Shown here in pieces: positions 30,240-39,906 of a stretch of 64,000 bases of DNA. Source of the stretch: an uncultured Hyphomicrobiaceae bacterium (GTDB lineage: Bacteria > Pseudomonadota > Alphaproteobacteria > Rhizobiales > CAYWUX01). Within the stretch, counting starts at the first letter, position 1; each line of letters starts with the position of its first letter. Both the position numbers and the translations under genes were made by a program. The notes below the pieces were generated by a model, which was given only the letters and a program-made list of their open reading frames with translations, made no database searches and had not been told where the DNA came from. The stretch covers positions 42,488-106,487 of the forward strand of contig CAYWUX010000004.1 of the NCBI GenBank assembly GCA_964461525.1. Direction: 5' to 3'.

Positions 30240-31699
30240 CCGAACGCAGACTGACGTCCGACAATACGCGTCTCATCTCCTGTCTGCCGGGATTCAAAAT
30301 AGTAACGCCAGATCAGGTTTTGAGCGACAGCCATACGATAATCCGCCGAACCGCGGACATCTGATAGCGGTGTGAAGTCCGTTTCCAATGCCCGGGCGGC
30401 ATCAGCAATCGCAGCTTCATTCCACGTCACACCCTGAAGCGCTTTTTCGGCTTCCCGGGCACGCTTGGGCGTTGGAGCCATTCCACCAAAACATAGACGG
30501 GCTTCACTAACTTTTTCACCCTCCAGTTGAATGTTAAAACAACCGCAAACCGCTGAAATATCCTGGTCAAACCGTTTGGATACCTTGTAACAGCGCAGCT
30601 GTTCGGGATTACGGATGATAGGGATTTCAATTGCTTCCAGAAATTCTCCAGGACTTAAATCTTGAACTCCGTAATCTACGAAAAATTTTTCTAGTGATTG
30701 CGTACGAAACTCCTTCCCCTTACGAAGTTTCAACTGAGCGTTTAAAGCTATCAATGCAGGTGGTGCATCGCCAATTGGCGAGCCATTGGCAATGTTTCCC
30801 CCAACTGTGGCGGCATTGCGAACCTGGACAGAACCGAAGCGCCGCAGAAGTTCGGAAAAGTCAGGATACATCTCCGTAATCGCCAGTTCCGCATCAGTGC
30901 AACTTACGCTGGCACCGATTGTCAGCTTATCACTGTTTCGGGTGATCTTCCGCAGCTCCGCAATCCGGGCGACAGAGATTATTGAACGCAATTCTCGATG
31001 TTGCTTGGTAACCCAAAGCCCCACATCTGTCGCACCGGCGAGAATGGTCGCGTCCGGATGATCGGCGCAGATTTCAGCAAACTCATCCAAATTTGCAGGT
31101 AAGTGGAAACTCCACTCCTGATGCCGAAGACAAATGGATTCACGATGGGCCAAAGTGCCCAGCAGTCGTCGTTCATCTTCCAGTCGTTTGAGATGGCTAT
31201 TGGTCGGAAAATAGTCATACATGGTTTGGGCAGCTTCAATAATCGGCCCATAGCCTGTGCATCGGCATAAATTGCCGGCCAGAATATCGTTTATCCGCGC
31301 CCGGCTGGGCCGTGATTCATGCAAGTAAGCCGCATAAAGCGACATAACAAATCCCGGAGTACAAAAGCCGCACTGCGAACCGTGGGTTTCCACCAAGGCC
31401 TGCTGTGATGGGTGAAGGGTGACGTCATCGTTAGAAACATATTCGATGGTCGTTACTGACTTGCCTTCGAGCATCGGTACAAACTGAATACACGCGTTTA
31501 TGGCCTGATGACGCACGTCGTTGTCCCTGAGTTCCCCCACGACCACCGTACAGGCGCCGCAGTCTCCTTCAGCACATCCCTCCTTTGTGCCGGTTAATCT
31601 CTCCGTTTCTCTGAGATAATTCAGGAGCGTCGTTGTTGGCTTGATATCACCAATCCGTCGTATCTGACCATTCAGCATAAATGTGATATAGTCGCGCAT
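30236..31699 (-). CDS. xdhA: Xanthine dehydrogenase small subunit (2Fe-2S plus FAD-binding)
   Basis: GCAEGDCGACTV, GSQCGFCTPG and CRCTGY Fe-S motifs, followed by an FAD-binding domain (ILAGATD). Confidence 0.92.
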   Translation of the reverse strand: MRDYITFMLNGQIRRIGDIKPTTTLLNYLRETERLTGTKEGCAEGDCGACTVVVGELRDNDVRHQAINACIQFVPMLEGKSVTTIEYVSNDDVTLHPSQQALVETHGSQCGFCTPGFVMSLYAAYLHESRPSRARINDILAGNLCRCTGYGPIIEAAQTMYDYFPTNSHLKRLEDERRLLGTLAHRESICLRHQEWSFHLPANLDEFAEICADHPDATILAGATDVGLWVTKQHRELRSIISVARIAELRKITRNSDKLTIGASVSCTDAELAITEMYPDFSELLRRFGSVQVRNAATVGGNIANGSPIGDAPPALIALNAQLKLRKGKEFRTQSLEKFFVDYGVQDLSPGEFLEAIEIPIIRNPEQLRCYKVSKRFDQDISAVCGCFNIQLEGEKVSEARLCFGGMAPTPKRAREAEKALQGVTWNEAAIADAARALETDFTPLSDVRGSADYRMAVAQNLIWRYYFESRQTGDETRIVGRQSAFG

Positions 31700-31732
31700 A
31701 ACGGTTTACTCGCCCAATTCAACACCAGAATA

Positions 31733-32086
31733 TCAGCTGCCCCGATACGTTGAATATCCGAAAGGTGAAAGCAGCAGTGGTACATGGTAGTGGGCTTCCA
31801 TGTCTGATATTCCAAAGCGGATAACCACTTCATCAAGAAATTTTGGTGAGGGCAATTCTAAGGAACCTGCATCAAAATATTCGCCCGCATGAAATTTCAA
31901 TTCAAAGATGCCGGGCTGAAAATTCTCATCCTCAAGCAAAGGTGCATCACATCGCCCATCGGCATTGGTGCGGAATTCCAATATCTTTTTAAAACTACCA
32001 CCTTCTTTATGGAACAATTCAATACGTAAGTTTTGTGCCGGTCGCCCCAGTGCGGTATCCAGAACATGCGTTGTCAAGCGACCCAT
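31733..32086 (-). CDS. uraH: 5-hydroxyisourate hydrolase (transthyretin-like)
   Basis: [15 protein letters not shown]... and the C-terminal tetrapeptide YRGS that is diagnostic of HIU hydrolases. Internal ATG chosen. Confidence 0.9.
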   Translation of the reverse strand: MGRLTTHVLDTALGRPAQNLRIELFHKEGGSFKKILEFRTNADGRCDAPLLEDENFQPGIFELKFHAGEYFDAGSLELPSPKFLDEVVIRFGISDMEAHYHVPLLLSPFGYSTYRGS

Positions 32087-32322
32087 AGTTTTTCCTTCTG
32101 AAATCTCATCAACGACAATGAGCCAGGCCCCCTTGCAAATCAAACAGACGTTAACAAGAGCTTAGGCTGGAGGGCCGGCTACGGAACTCATTATCTTTCA
32201 TTTTATTCATTAGCTCATTTTATTATTGTATCCATTTAACTCAATTATCCAATTTTTTTTATAAAAAATCGAATTGAACGATTAAATTGACTAGTTAAAA
32301 TCTAGCAATTTGTGGGGTTTAA

Positions 32323-32626
32323 AAGCTGGCTGTCGATGATCAATTAACGGCAGACTCCAAATCGGAACAAAGCGACGCTGGCTTGAGCGCCTTGGTCGGA
32401 GCAAAAATTTCATGCCTTCAACGTTCTGAACGCCGGTTATAATGAAAAATTCGGCTTTCCGCTTATTATTGCGGTGAAATGTCTGAACCACTCAAAAATC
32501 TTGGACACTTTCAAAAAAAGAGTTGAAAATGATGCAGATCTTGAATTTCGTTAGGCGTTGACGGAGGCGCACAAGATTGCCCGCCTTCGCAAAAGCCGAT
32601 GGAATGAGCATGAGAACGCAAATTAG
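32323..32626 (+). pseudogene. uraD: Decayed OHCU decarboxylase gene remnant
   Basis: One frame reads KLAVDDQLTADSKSEQSDAGLSAL. After a frame shift near 32390-32400 it continues EQKFHAFNVLNAGYNEKFGFPLIIAVKCLNHSKILDTFKKRVENDADLEFR, then an in-frame TAG (32552-32554), then ALTEAHKIARLR. The N-terminal ~50-60 codons are absent and a TAA sits at 32320. Confidence 0.65.
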
Positions 32627-32628
32627 GA

Positions 32629-33558
32629 ATGATTGCTAAAATGAATTCGACAATTTCAGATTATCCCCGCGATTTGATCGGATACGGGAAAACACCACCG
32701 GACGCCAAATGGCCGGATCATGCTCGAGTTGCTGTCCAGTTTGTAATTAACTATGAAGAAGGCGGAGAAAATAACATTCTGCATGGTGATGCAGCATCGG
32801 AGGCGTTTCTGTCTGAAATCGTAGGTGCTGAACCCTGGCCCGGTCAACGGCATATGAATATGGAATCAATATACGAATACGGCTCCAGAGCGGGTTTTTG
32901 GCGCTTGTGGCGGCTGTTTCAAAAATATCAGATTCCGGTTACCGTTTATGGTGTCGCCATGGCATTGGCGCGTAATCCTATGGCTGTGGAAGCTATGAAA
33001 GAGGCCCAATGGGAAATCGCATCGCACGGTCTGCGTTGGATCGAATACCGGGATATGCCCCGTGAAGAAGAAAAGCAGCATTTAGATGAGGCGATCAGAA
33101 TACATACGGATGTAACCGGTGAACGCCCTCTGGGTTGGTATCTCGGTCGTTGTACTGTAAATACCAGGGATTTGGTGATGGAAGAAGGCGGATTCCTTTA
33201 CGACTCCGACTCATATGCCGATGACCTCCCTTACTGGATAGAGGGCCCAAAAGAACCTCATCTTGTCATTCCTTATTCTCTTGATACCAATGATATGAGA
33301 TTTGCAACAAATCAGGGATTTAATTCCGGCGATCAGTTTTTTGCCTTCCTCCGCGATAGTTTTGATGTCCTCTACAGGGAGGGGGAGGCAGGCTTTTCCA
33401 AAATGATGTCCGTCGGTTTGCATTGCCGTTTAGTCGGCCGCCCTGCCAGAATTGCTGCACTGGAGAAATTTATTGAATATGCGAATTCGCACAGCAAGGT
33501 CTGGTTCCCGCGGCGTATTGAAATTGCCCGGCACTGGCACGATAATCACAACATTTAG
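32629..33558 (+). CDS. puuE: Allantoinase, PuuE type (polysaccharide deacetylase fold)
   Basis: YPRDL.GYG...P.A.WP..A..AVQFV.NYEEGGE...HGD..SE.FLSE...YEYGSRAGFWR matches PuuE. Confidence 0.88.
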   Translation: MIAKMNSTISDYPRDLIGYGKTPPDAKWPDHARVAVQFVINYEEGGENNILHGDAASEAFLSEIVGAEPWPGQRHMNMESIYEYGSRAGFWRLWRLFQKYQIPVTVYGVAMALARNPMAVEAMKEAQWEIASHGLRWIEYRDMPREEEKQHLDEAIRIHTDVTGERPLGWYLGRCTVNTRDLVMEEGGFLYDSDSYADDLPYWIEGPKEPHLVIPYSLDTNDMRFATNQGFNSGDQFFAFLRDSFDVLYREGEAGFSKMMSVGLHCRLVGRPARIAALEKFIEYANSHSKVWFPRRIEIARHWHDNHNI

Positions 33559-33578
33559 GATCAAGGAAATTCACATAA

Positions 33579-34607
33579 ATGACTGATCGTTTTGTCACCG
33601 CACCTGTCAATCCGCGTGTGGAAAAACTGTCTGAATTATGGGTGAACCTGGCCAGTCAGCGACTGGGTTCCCAGGTCCTGCTGGCAAGCGACGATTTTTT
33701 TGCGCCCAAAGAACGGCTGATCGATCCCAATACCCCTATATATGTTCCCGATAAATATGATGAGCATGGCAAATGGATGGACGGCTGGGAAAGTCGGCGT
33801 AGACGAACTCCCGGTCATGACTGGTGTATCATTAAACTCGGCTATCCCGGGCGTATAAAATTCATTGATATTGATACGAGCTTCTTTACCGGCAACTACG
33901 CTCCTCAAGCTTCGATCGATGCCTGCAATTCCAACATGGACATTCCCGGCGAGGATGATTGGCAGCCCTTGACTCCTATAACTGACCTTCTGGGGGATAC
34001 TCACAATTTTCTTGAAATTCAGAACGCCAATTTGTGGAGTCACTTGCGCCTCAATATTGTTCCAGACGGTGGCGTGGCCCGACTGCGCGTTTTCGGGGAG
34101 ATCGAAACGGACTGGTCAGAAAAAGATATTGGCCGCGAGGTCGATCTGGCATCACTGGTCAATGGTGCCAAAGCCATTGCCTGGAGTGATGCTCACTACG
34201 GCAGGCCCTCAAATATACTGGCTCCCACCCCGGGAAAGGATATGGGCGATGGCTGGGAAACGGCACGCAGGCGCGGTCCGGGTAACGACTGGTGCATAAT
34301 TAGATTGGCGGCCACGGGCATAATCGAAAAAATTCTGGTGGACACATCTTACTTCAAGGGAAATTATCCCAATTCCTGCATTATCCAGGCCTCCCATATT
34401 GAAGTAAATCTGGATGCCGAAGAAATTGCACAACAAAGCGCGGACTGGCCTGAGGTACTGCCCAGTCAGAAACTTGATGCCGACTGCGAACAAACATTTG
34501 ACACTGAAATAATCCACCACGAACCGGTCAATTATGTGAAACTCAGCATTTTTCCTGACGGAGGAATTTCAAGACTCCGTGTGTTCGGCAAAATAAGCAG
34601 GTTTTGA
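33579..34607 (+). CDS. alc: Allantoicase
   Basis: Two repeated allantoicase domains (DGWE.RRRR..GHDW.I..LG and DGWETARRRGPGNDWCIIRL). Confidence 0.9.
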   Translation: MTDRFVTAPVNPRVEKLSELWVNLASQRLGSQVLLASDDFFAPKERLIDPNTPIYVPDKYDEHGKWMDGWESRRRRTPGHDWCIIKLGYPGRIKFIDIDTSFFTGNYAPQASIDACNSNMDIPGEDDWQPLTPITDLLGDTHNFLEIQNANLWSHLRLNIVPDGGVARLRVFGEIETDWSEKDIGREVDLASLVNGAKAIAWSDAHYGRPSNILAPTPGKDMGDGWETARRRGPGNDWCIIRLAATGIIEKILVDTSYFKGNYPNSCIIQASHIEVNLDAEEIAQQSADWPEVLPSQKLDADCEQTFDTEIIHHEPVNYVKLSIFPDGGISRLRVFGKISRF

Positions 34608-34611
34608 TTAA

Positions 34612-35127
34612 ATGATCGCCAAAATAAATCCGGCTCCCCTCACACCAGGATCTTTTTCCACTTTTGGTGATGTCATCGAGACTAAAGACAGAACCGGATT
34701 CGAAATCAACGAGGGGACGACACTGCGTTTTGACGACCTCGCGGAGATCGATGTGTCGGATGGCGGTGGCAAGGCTGTTGTGAGCATTTTCAGGGGCCAA
34801 CCTCGAAGCTTTCCATTCGAAATTCGGATGCTGGAACGTCATCCATTGGGGTCACAGACTTTTATCCCGCTCTCGGGACGGACATATTTCGTTGTCGTCG
34901 CGGAGCAAAAAGACAGCGGCAGTCCCGGCAGAATGCACTGTTTCCTGGCAACAAAATCCCAGGGGGTTAACTACCGTAAAGGGATCTGGCACCACCCACT
35001 TATTGCTGTTGGAGGCGTCTCGGATTTTGTGGTCATCAATCGCTCGGGTCCGGGAGACAATCTCGAGGACACTGTGCTCTCAATGGAAGACCGCCGCATT
35101 CTGGTTAAACCGGAAGTCGAGTCCTGA
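34612..35127 (+). CDS. allA: Ureidoglycolate lyase
   Basis: PL....F..FG.VIE........IN.GT..RF.DLA..D.....G....SIFR......P.....LERHPLGSQ.F.PL matches the AllA family. Confidence 0.85.
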   Translation: MIAKINPAPLTPGSFSTFGDVIETKDRTGFEINEGTTLRFDDLAEIDVSDGGGKAVVSIFRGQPRSFPFEIRMLERHPLGSQTFIPLSGRTYFVVVAEQKDSGSPGRMHCFLATKSQGVNYRKGIWHHPLIAVGGVSDFVVINRSGPGDNLEDTVLSMEDRRILVKPEVES

Positions 35128-35225
35128 TTTAGATCGTTGCAAAAATTCGATGCCGGCGGCTATCGCCAAAACGGTTTTCCTGCGCATCGTAATTATCGCT
35201 GAATTATTGTTCAAATCGGATGAAC

Positions 35226-36368
35226 TCAATCAGATGACACTGGCTCAAGACGTAAAATCTGGCCGTCACTGCTGTCGGTCAGGACGTACAAGAAACCATC
35301 CGGCCCGGAACGCACGTCGCGAATTCGCTCACCAAGTTCCTTCAGCAGCTGTTCCTGTTCAATGACTTTGCCATCTCTGATTTCCAATCGCCTGAGATGG
35401 GAACCGGCAAGCGCCCCGACAAATATATCGCCTTTCCAGTTCGGAAACCTGTCACCACTATAAAAGGCCATGCCACTAGGGGCAATTGACGGCACCCAGT
35501 ATATTACGGGCTGTTCCATTCCTGGGGCACTCTTCTTTTCCGTAATTATTGAACCGCTGTAATCGATACCGTAAGTAATGGCCGGCCACCCGTAATTTGC
35601 CCCCTTCCTTAAAATATTGACCTCGTCACCTCCTTTTGGACCATGCTCGTGAACCCAGATCTGTCCGTTTGAAGGGTGTAATGCAATACCCTGGACATTT
35701 CGGTGGCCATAGCTGTAAATTTCCGGCAGGGCGCCCTGTTGATTGACAAACGGATTGTCCGAGGGCACGCGACCATCATCGTGCAAACGTATGACACTGC
35801 CCAAATGAGAAGATGTTCGTTGAGCCTCCTGCATACGGCCACGATCACCCAGCGTAATAAAAAGATAGCCCTGGGGATCGAATAACAATCGGGAGCCGAA
35901 GTGACGTCCTCCTGAACTCTTCGGACGGGCCTGGAACATGACCTGAACATTGCGCAGGCTGTTTCCCTGCAGCCGTCCCCTTGCGACAACTGTTCCCACA
36001 CCGCCGGAATTCCTGGCTGAATAGGAAAAGTAAACAAGATTATTGTTATTGAAATCTGGATGCAACGCCACATCCAGCAGACCGCCCTGACCGACGGCAT
36101 CAATTTTTGGAAGCCCTTTTATCGGCTCAGGCTCCAAAACACCTCGCCTGACAAGCCGCAAACGGCCGGATCGTTCTGTAACCAACAGGTCCCCACCTGG
36201 AAGGAAGGCCAAGGACCAGGGATGGGACAGATCCTTCGCCAACGAAACAATTCTAAACTGTGCCTGATCGGATTTCCGGACGGTCTGCGCCCAACCAAAA
36301 TTGGACGGAAAGACCGCAATTAGACCCGCTGCAATCAAGGACCCTGCAAAAAATTTTATACGCAGCAT
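35226..36368 (-). CDS. PQQ-dependent soluble sugar (aldose/sorbosone) dehydrogenase
   Basis: Signal peptide from the internal Met (MLRIKFFAGSL...). Beta-propeller motifs (P.GDLLVTER.G.L, YSYGHRNVQGIA, GPKGGDE.N). The ORF track extends to 36431. Confidence 0.8.
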   Translation of the reverse strand: MLRIKFFAGSLIAAGLIAVFPSNFGWAQTVRKSDQAQFRIVSLAKDLSHPWSLAFLPGGDLLVTERSGRLRLVRRGVLEPEPIKGLPKIDAVGQGGLLDVALHPDFNNNNLVYFSYSARNSGGVGTVVARGRLQGNSLRNVQVMFQARPKSSGGRHFGSRLLFDPQGYLFITLGDRGRMQEAQRTSSHLGSVIRLHDDGRVPSDNPFVNQQGALPEIYSYGHRNVQGIALHPSNGQIWVHEHGPKGGDEVNILRKGANYGWPAITYGIDYSGSIITEKKSAPGMEQPVIYWVPSIAPSGMAFYSGDRFPNWKGDIFVGALAGSHLRRLEIRDGKVIEQEQLLKELGERIRDVRSGPDGFLYVLTDSSDGQILRLEPVSSD

Positions 36369-36681
36369 TCGCGACCTCCAACAAATACGCGATGGCCCTT
36401 TCATGGACAGGGCCGATTTCCGACTCAGCAAACGGCCCTGTCCATGAATAGTGTGATTTCGGGCTATCCGCCGATTTGCAGTTCGTTACTGCAAATCAAG
36501 CTGGTAGCTCGCAGGCACCCTTGCCAATATCATAAATCAATATCCTCATTCATGCATCTTCCAATGTTTAAATGGATGGATTTTAAACTTTTCGTGAACG
36601 GATGTTATGCAGCGTGAGATACTGGCCAGCAATGTCGGGCCAATAGTGAATCAATAAACACCTCTTTGGACCCTGTTCAGT

Positions 36682-37665
36682 TCAGCTTGCCCGGGATAAA
36701 CAATCGACAAGAGATTTTCCATTATTGCGCATCATGTCGAAATAAAGATCTGGTCCAGGCACCAGATCCGCGCCTAAAGGATCTAACGTTGAAATTTGGA
36801 TTTGGCTGCCTTCTAAAAGAACCCTGAGGATCCTCGGATCGAACTGCGGCTCCGCAAACGCGCACAGCGGACGGAGCTTTGCAATCCTACGGCGCAACAA
36901 ACGAATTGTATCGGCACCGGGTCGGCGATCCGGACTGACAAGAACTGTATCTACTTTCGTCAGTTTGAATCGTTTTTCAAAATACTGGTAAGCATCGTGA
37001 AAGACAACGAGAGGACGATCTCTGACATGATCAAGTCCGGTTTCTAGATCTGTTTTCAGCTGTTCCAGGCGCTGTTCCACCTTTTCACCGTTCATCTGAT
37101 ACCGGGTGCTATTCTGGGGGTCGGCGGCCGAAACTCTTTTTACAATTTCGCCAATCATTTGTTTGGCATTCAGCGGATCCAGCCAGATGTGCATGTCAGA
37201 TTTTAACAGTTCATTTTTCACTGAAGTGAAATGATGGCGTCTGTTGTGTGTCGGATGATCGTTTTTGTCGTCAGACCAGAATGGCCGTAACCGGTTTTTA
37301 TATAATCGAAGCCGCCTGATATCGGTTAACGTAACCAATTCAGCTCGTTTTCCCATTGATGATATTGGTTTAACTAGAAAATATTCAAAATGAGGACCGA
37401 TCCAGAAAACGATATCAGCCCGTTCAAGAGCCTTGGCATCTGAAGGTTTGAGTTGGTAGGTATGAGGCGAGACCCCTGATCGAATAATCAGGTCAGGCTT
37501 GCCGACACCTTCCATTACTCCGGATACAAGTGAATGAAGTGGTCTGATGGTGACGGCCACATGCAATTCAGATGTTTCATTTGCATGCAGTGAACGTCCA
37601 GCTCTATAATCAAGACCGGTAGTGATTGCTATAAAGCACACGAAATATAACCAATATCTCAGCAT
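36682..37665 (-). CDS. znuA: Zinc ABC transporter substrate-binding protein
   Basis: Cluster A-I SBP with a His-rich loop (DDKNDHPTHNRRHHF). Divergent from znuCB-zur. Confidence 0.85.
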   Translation of the reverse strand: MLRYWLYFVCFIAITTGLDYRAGRSLHANETSELHVAVTIRPLHSLVSGVMEGVGKPDLIIRSGVSPHTYQLKPSDAKALERADIVFWIGPHFEYFLVKPISSMGKRAELVTLTDIRRLRLYKNRLRPFWSDDKNDHPTHNRRHHFTSVKNELLKSDMHIWLDPLNAKQMIGEIVKRVSAADPQNSTRYQMNGEKVEQRLEQLKTDLETGLDHVRDRPLVVFHDAYQYFEKRFKLTKVDTVLVSPDRRPGADTIRLLRRRIAKLRPLCAFAEPQFDPRILRVLLEGSQIQISTLDPLGADLVPGPDLYFDMMRNNGKSLVDCLSRAS

Positions 37666-37734
37666 GTTGGCCGGACCATCACCAATTGGATAACGAAAAG
37701 TAAATATATTTTTAATTGACTTGCTTGCTCAAGA

Positions 37735-37759
37735 ATATGTAACTTTATAACATTTATAT
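37735..37759. promoter_or_regulatory. Candidate Zur operator in the znuA/znuC divergent promoter
   Basis: AT-rich imperfect dyad ATATGTAAC-TTT-ATAACATTTAT between the divergent znuA and znuC starts. The consensus was not verified. Confidence 0.35.
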
Positions 37760-37805
37760 ATCATTGCAGTCAACGGCAGGATTAGTTCGTGAAATTTTCT
37801 GCAAA

Positions 37806-38663
37806 ATGGTCACAACTGACTTCAAAGACAAGGAAGCAGCTCATGGCGGTGGCAAGTTGAAACAAATTCAGACCGCGAATGACAAATCTGCAAATGAGGT
37901 CCTGGTTGACGCTGAAAGTGTTGGCGTACGCCGGTCCAATCGATGGTTGATACGGAATGTTTTCTTAAAGGTGAGGCGGCAGGAAATTATTGCACTGATC
38001 GGTCCCAATGGGAGCGGTAAAAGCACGACAGTCAAAGCCATTTTGGGTCTTTTAAAACTGGATGAAGGCCGGGTGTCGTCCAAACCGGGATTAACGGTTG
38101 GTTATGTGCCTCAACAATTGACAATTGACAATACCCTTCCCTTGACCGTTCGGCGACTCATGACGTTGACCTCTAACTACAGTTCCCAGGAAATCTCAGA
38201 TGCATTAGACATGGTGGGTGTCGCTCATTTAATTGGTGATCAGACATTTCAGCTCTCCGGGGGCGAGTTTCAACGCGTCATGATCGCCCGGGCCCTAATT
38301 CGCAAACCTGACCTTCTCGTGCTGGACGAACCCGTTCAAGGCGTCGATTTCGCAGGAGAAATTGCGCTATATAAGCTCCTTCGAAAAATTCGCGATTTAT
38401 ATGAATGCGGCATTATACTGATATCCCACGACCTGCATATGGTTATGGCAGAAACCGATACCGTCGTCTGTCTTAACGGTCATGTGTGCTGCTCCGGTAC
38501 GCCGCAACTCGTTGCAGAAAATCCAGAATACATAAAACTTTTTGGACCACGGGCAGCTGATGTTTTGGCCATTTATAGGCATGATCACGACCATACACAT
38601 GCCGCTGACGGTTCGGTCGTTCACGATCACGCAGAACCTTTAATTTACCGGGAGGAAAATTGA
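37806..38663 (+). CDS. znuC: Zinc ABC transporter ATP-binding protein
   Basis: Walker A GPNGSGKST, LSGGEFQRV, LLVLDEP. The C-terminal His-rich tail YRHDHDHTHA...HDH resembles E. coli ZnuC. ATG 37806 chosen; the ORF track starts at TTG 37764. Confidence 0.85.
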   Translation: MVTTDFKDKEAAHGGGKLKQIQTANDKSANEVLVDAESVGVRRSNRWLIRNVFLKVRRQEIIALIGPNGSGKSTTVKAILGLLKLDEGRVSSKPGLTVGYVPQQLTIDNTLPLTVRRLMTLTSNYSSQEISDALDMVGVAHLIGDQTFQLSGGEFQRVMIARALIRKPDLLVLDEPVQGVDFAGEIALYKLLRKIRDLYECGIILISHDLHMVMAETDTVVCLNGHVCCSGTPQLVAENPEYIKLFGPRAADVLAIYRHDHDHTHAADGSVVHDHAEPLIYREEN

Positions 38664-38664
38664 G

Positions 38665-39483
38665 GTGGACGACTTTTTCCTTCGCGCCCTGGTAGCAGGC
38701 TTAGGCATTGCAATAGTCGCAGGTCCTCTGGGATGTTTTGTCGTCTGGCAACGGATGTCCTATTTCGGTGCTACCATGTCACACAGTGCACTTCTCGGTG
38801 TAGCGACAGGTTTCCTGCTGGATATCAGTTTAATAGTTGGTGTTTTTATAGTCGCAACGATAACTGTACCGGCTCTGCTTATGTTTGAAAGAAGGACGAA
38901 TCTGCCGTCAGATACGATGCTCGGCATTCTTGCACACGGTACCCTGGCGCTTGGGCTGGTCCTTCTGTCTTATATGAGTTGGTTAAGAATTGATCTGATG
39001 GGTTACCTTTTTGGCGATATTCTCGCGGTTTCAGCATCGGATATCTTCAGCATATTTGCCGGAGCCGCAACCGTTCTCGCTATCCTCGTTTATATCTGGA
39101 GACCTTTGCTGGCCGGTACCGTTAACATGGATCTCGCCGAGGCCGAGGGTCTGAAACCTCGCCAGGCCAGATTTGTTCTCATGTTACTAATCGCAGCAAT
39201 CATCGCTCTCGCCATGAAAATAGTTGGTATTCTGCTGATTGTATCGCTTCTTATCATTCCTGCAGCAACGGCCCGCCACATGTCGGCAAATCCCGAACAA
39301 ATGGCAGTAGTGGCAGCGCTCCTTGGCTCACTCGCAACTATCACCGGTCTTTTTGGTTCGCTTGAATTTGACACACCTTCAGGGCCTTCAATCGTCTTAG
39401 CTTCGCTTGCATTCTTTTTGGTCAGCCTGTTACCATTGAAGAGACCATTTGACCGGCTCAAATTCACACAAGGCAACAATTGA
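38665..39483 (+). CDS. znuB: Zinc ABC transporter permease
   Basis: 272-aa polytopic protein of the ABC-3 family, directly following znuC. GTG start. Confidence 0.85.
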   Translation: MDDFFLRALVAGLGIAIVAGPLGCFVVWQRMSYFGATMSHSALLGVATGFLLDISLIVGVFIVATITVPALLMFERRTNLPSDTMLGILAHGTLALGLVLLSYMSWLRIDLMGYLFGDILAVSASDIFSIFAGAATVLAILVYIWRPLLAGTVNMDLAEAEGLKPRQARFVLMLLIAAIIALAMKIVGILLIVSLLIIPAATARHMSANPEQMAVVAALLGSLATITGLFGSLEFDTPSGPSIVLASLAFFLVSLLPLKRPFDRLKFTQGNN

Positions 39484-39484
39484 C

Positions 39485-39898
39485 ATGATGGAAGTTTCAA
39501 ACCTTACAAAAAACCAAAAGGTTGTATTATCTGCCTTGACCAGATCTGAAAAACCGCTGTCAGCTTATGACATTCTTGAATTCAACAATGTCAGGGATAA
39601 GGGAATAAAGGCACCACTAACCGTCTATCGTGCCCTGGAGAAACTCGTCGCCTACGGTCTGGTGCATCGGATAGAAAGTCTGAACGCGTTCATTGCCTGT
39701 GATAGTGCGCCTCATATTGAGCCCGCAGGTTTCATCATTTGCAATAACTGTAAGAATACAACGGAACTCAGGATTCGTGACTGCGAGGATCATCTGACAA
39801 AGGGTGCCCGAGACATCGGATTTAACGTCGAAAAAGTACGTGTCGAGGTCACCGGCCAATGCCGCAGCTGCAACAAATCCTCCCAGAAGTCCCATTGA
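39485..39898 (+). CDS. zur: Fur-family zinc uptake regulator
   Basis: Winged-helix N-terminal part plus CxxC...CxxC (CNNC ... CRSC). Position after znuB. Confidence 0.8.
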   Translation: MMEVSNLTKNQKVVLSALTRSEKPLSAYDILEFNNVRDKGIKAPLTVYRALEKLVAYGLVHRIESLNAFIACDSAPHIEPAGFIICNNCKNTTELRIRDCEDHLTKGARDIGFNVEKVRVEVTGQCRSCNKSSQKSH

Positions 39899-39906
39899 TT
39901 CAAGTG

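Noticed and set aside
32291-32491. 66-aa minus-strand ORF between uraH and puuE.
   Set aside because: The opposite strand carries clear OHCU decarboxylase-derived sequence (NEKFGFPLIIAVK...), which explains the region better.
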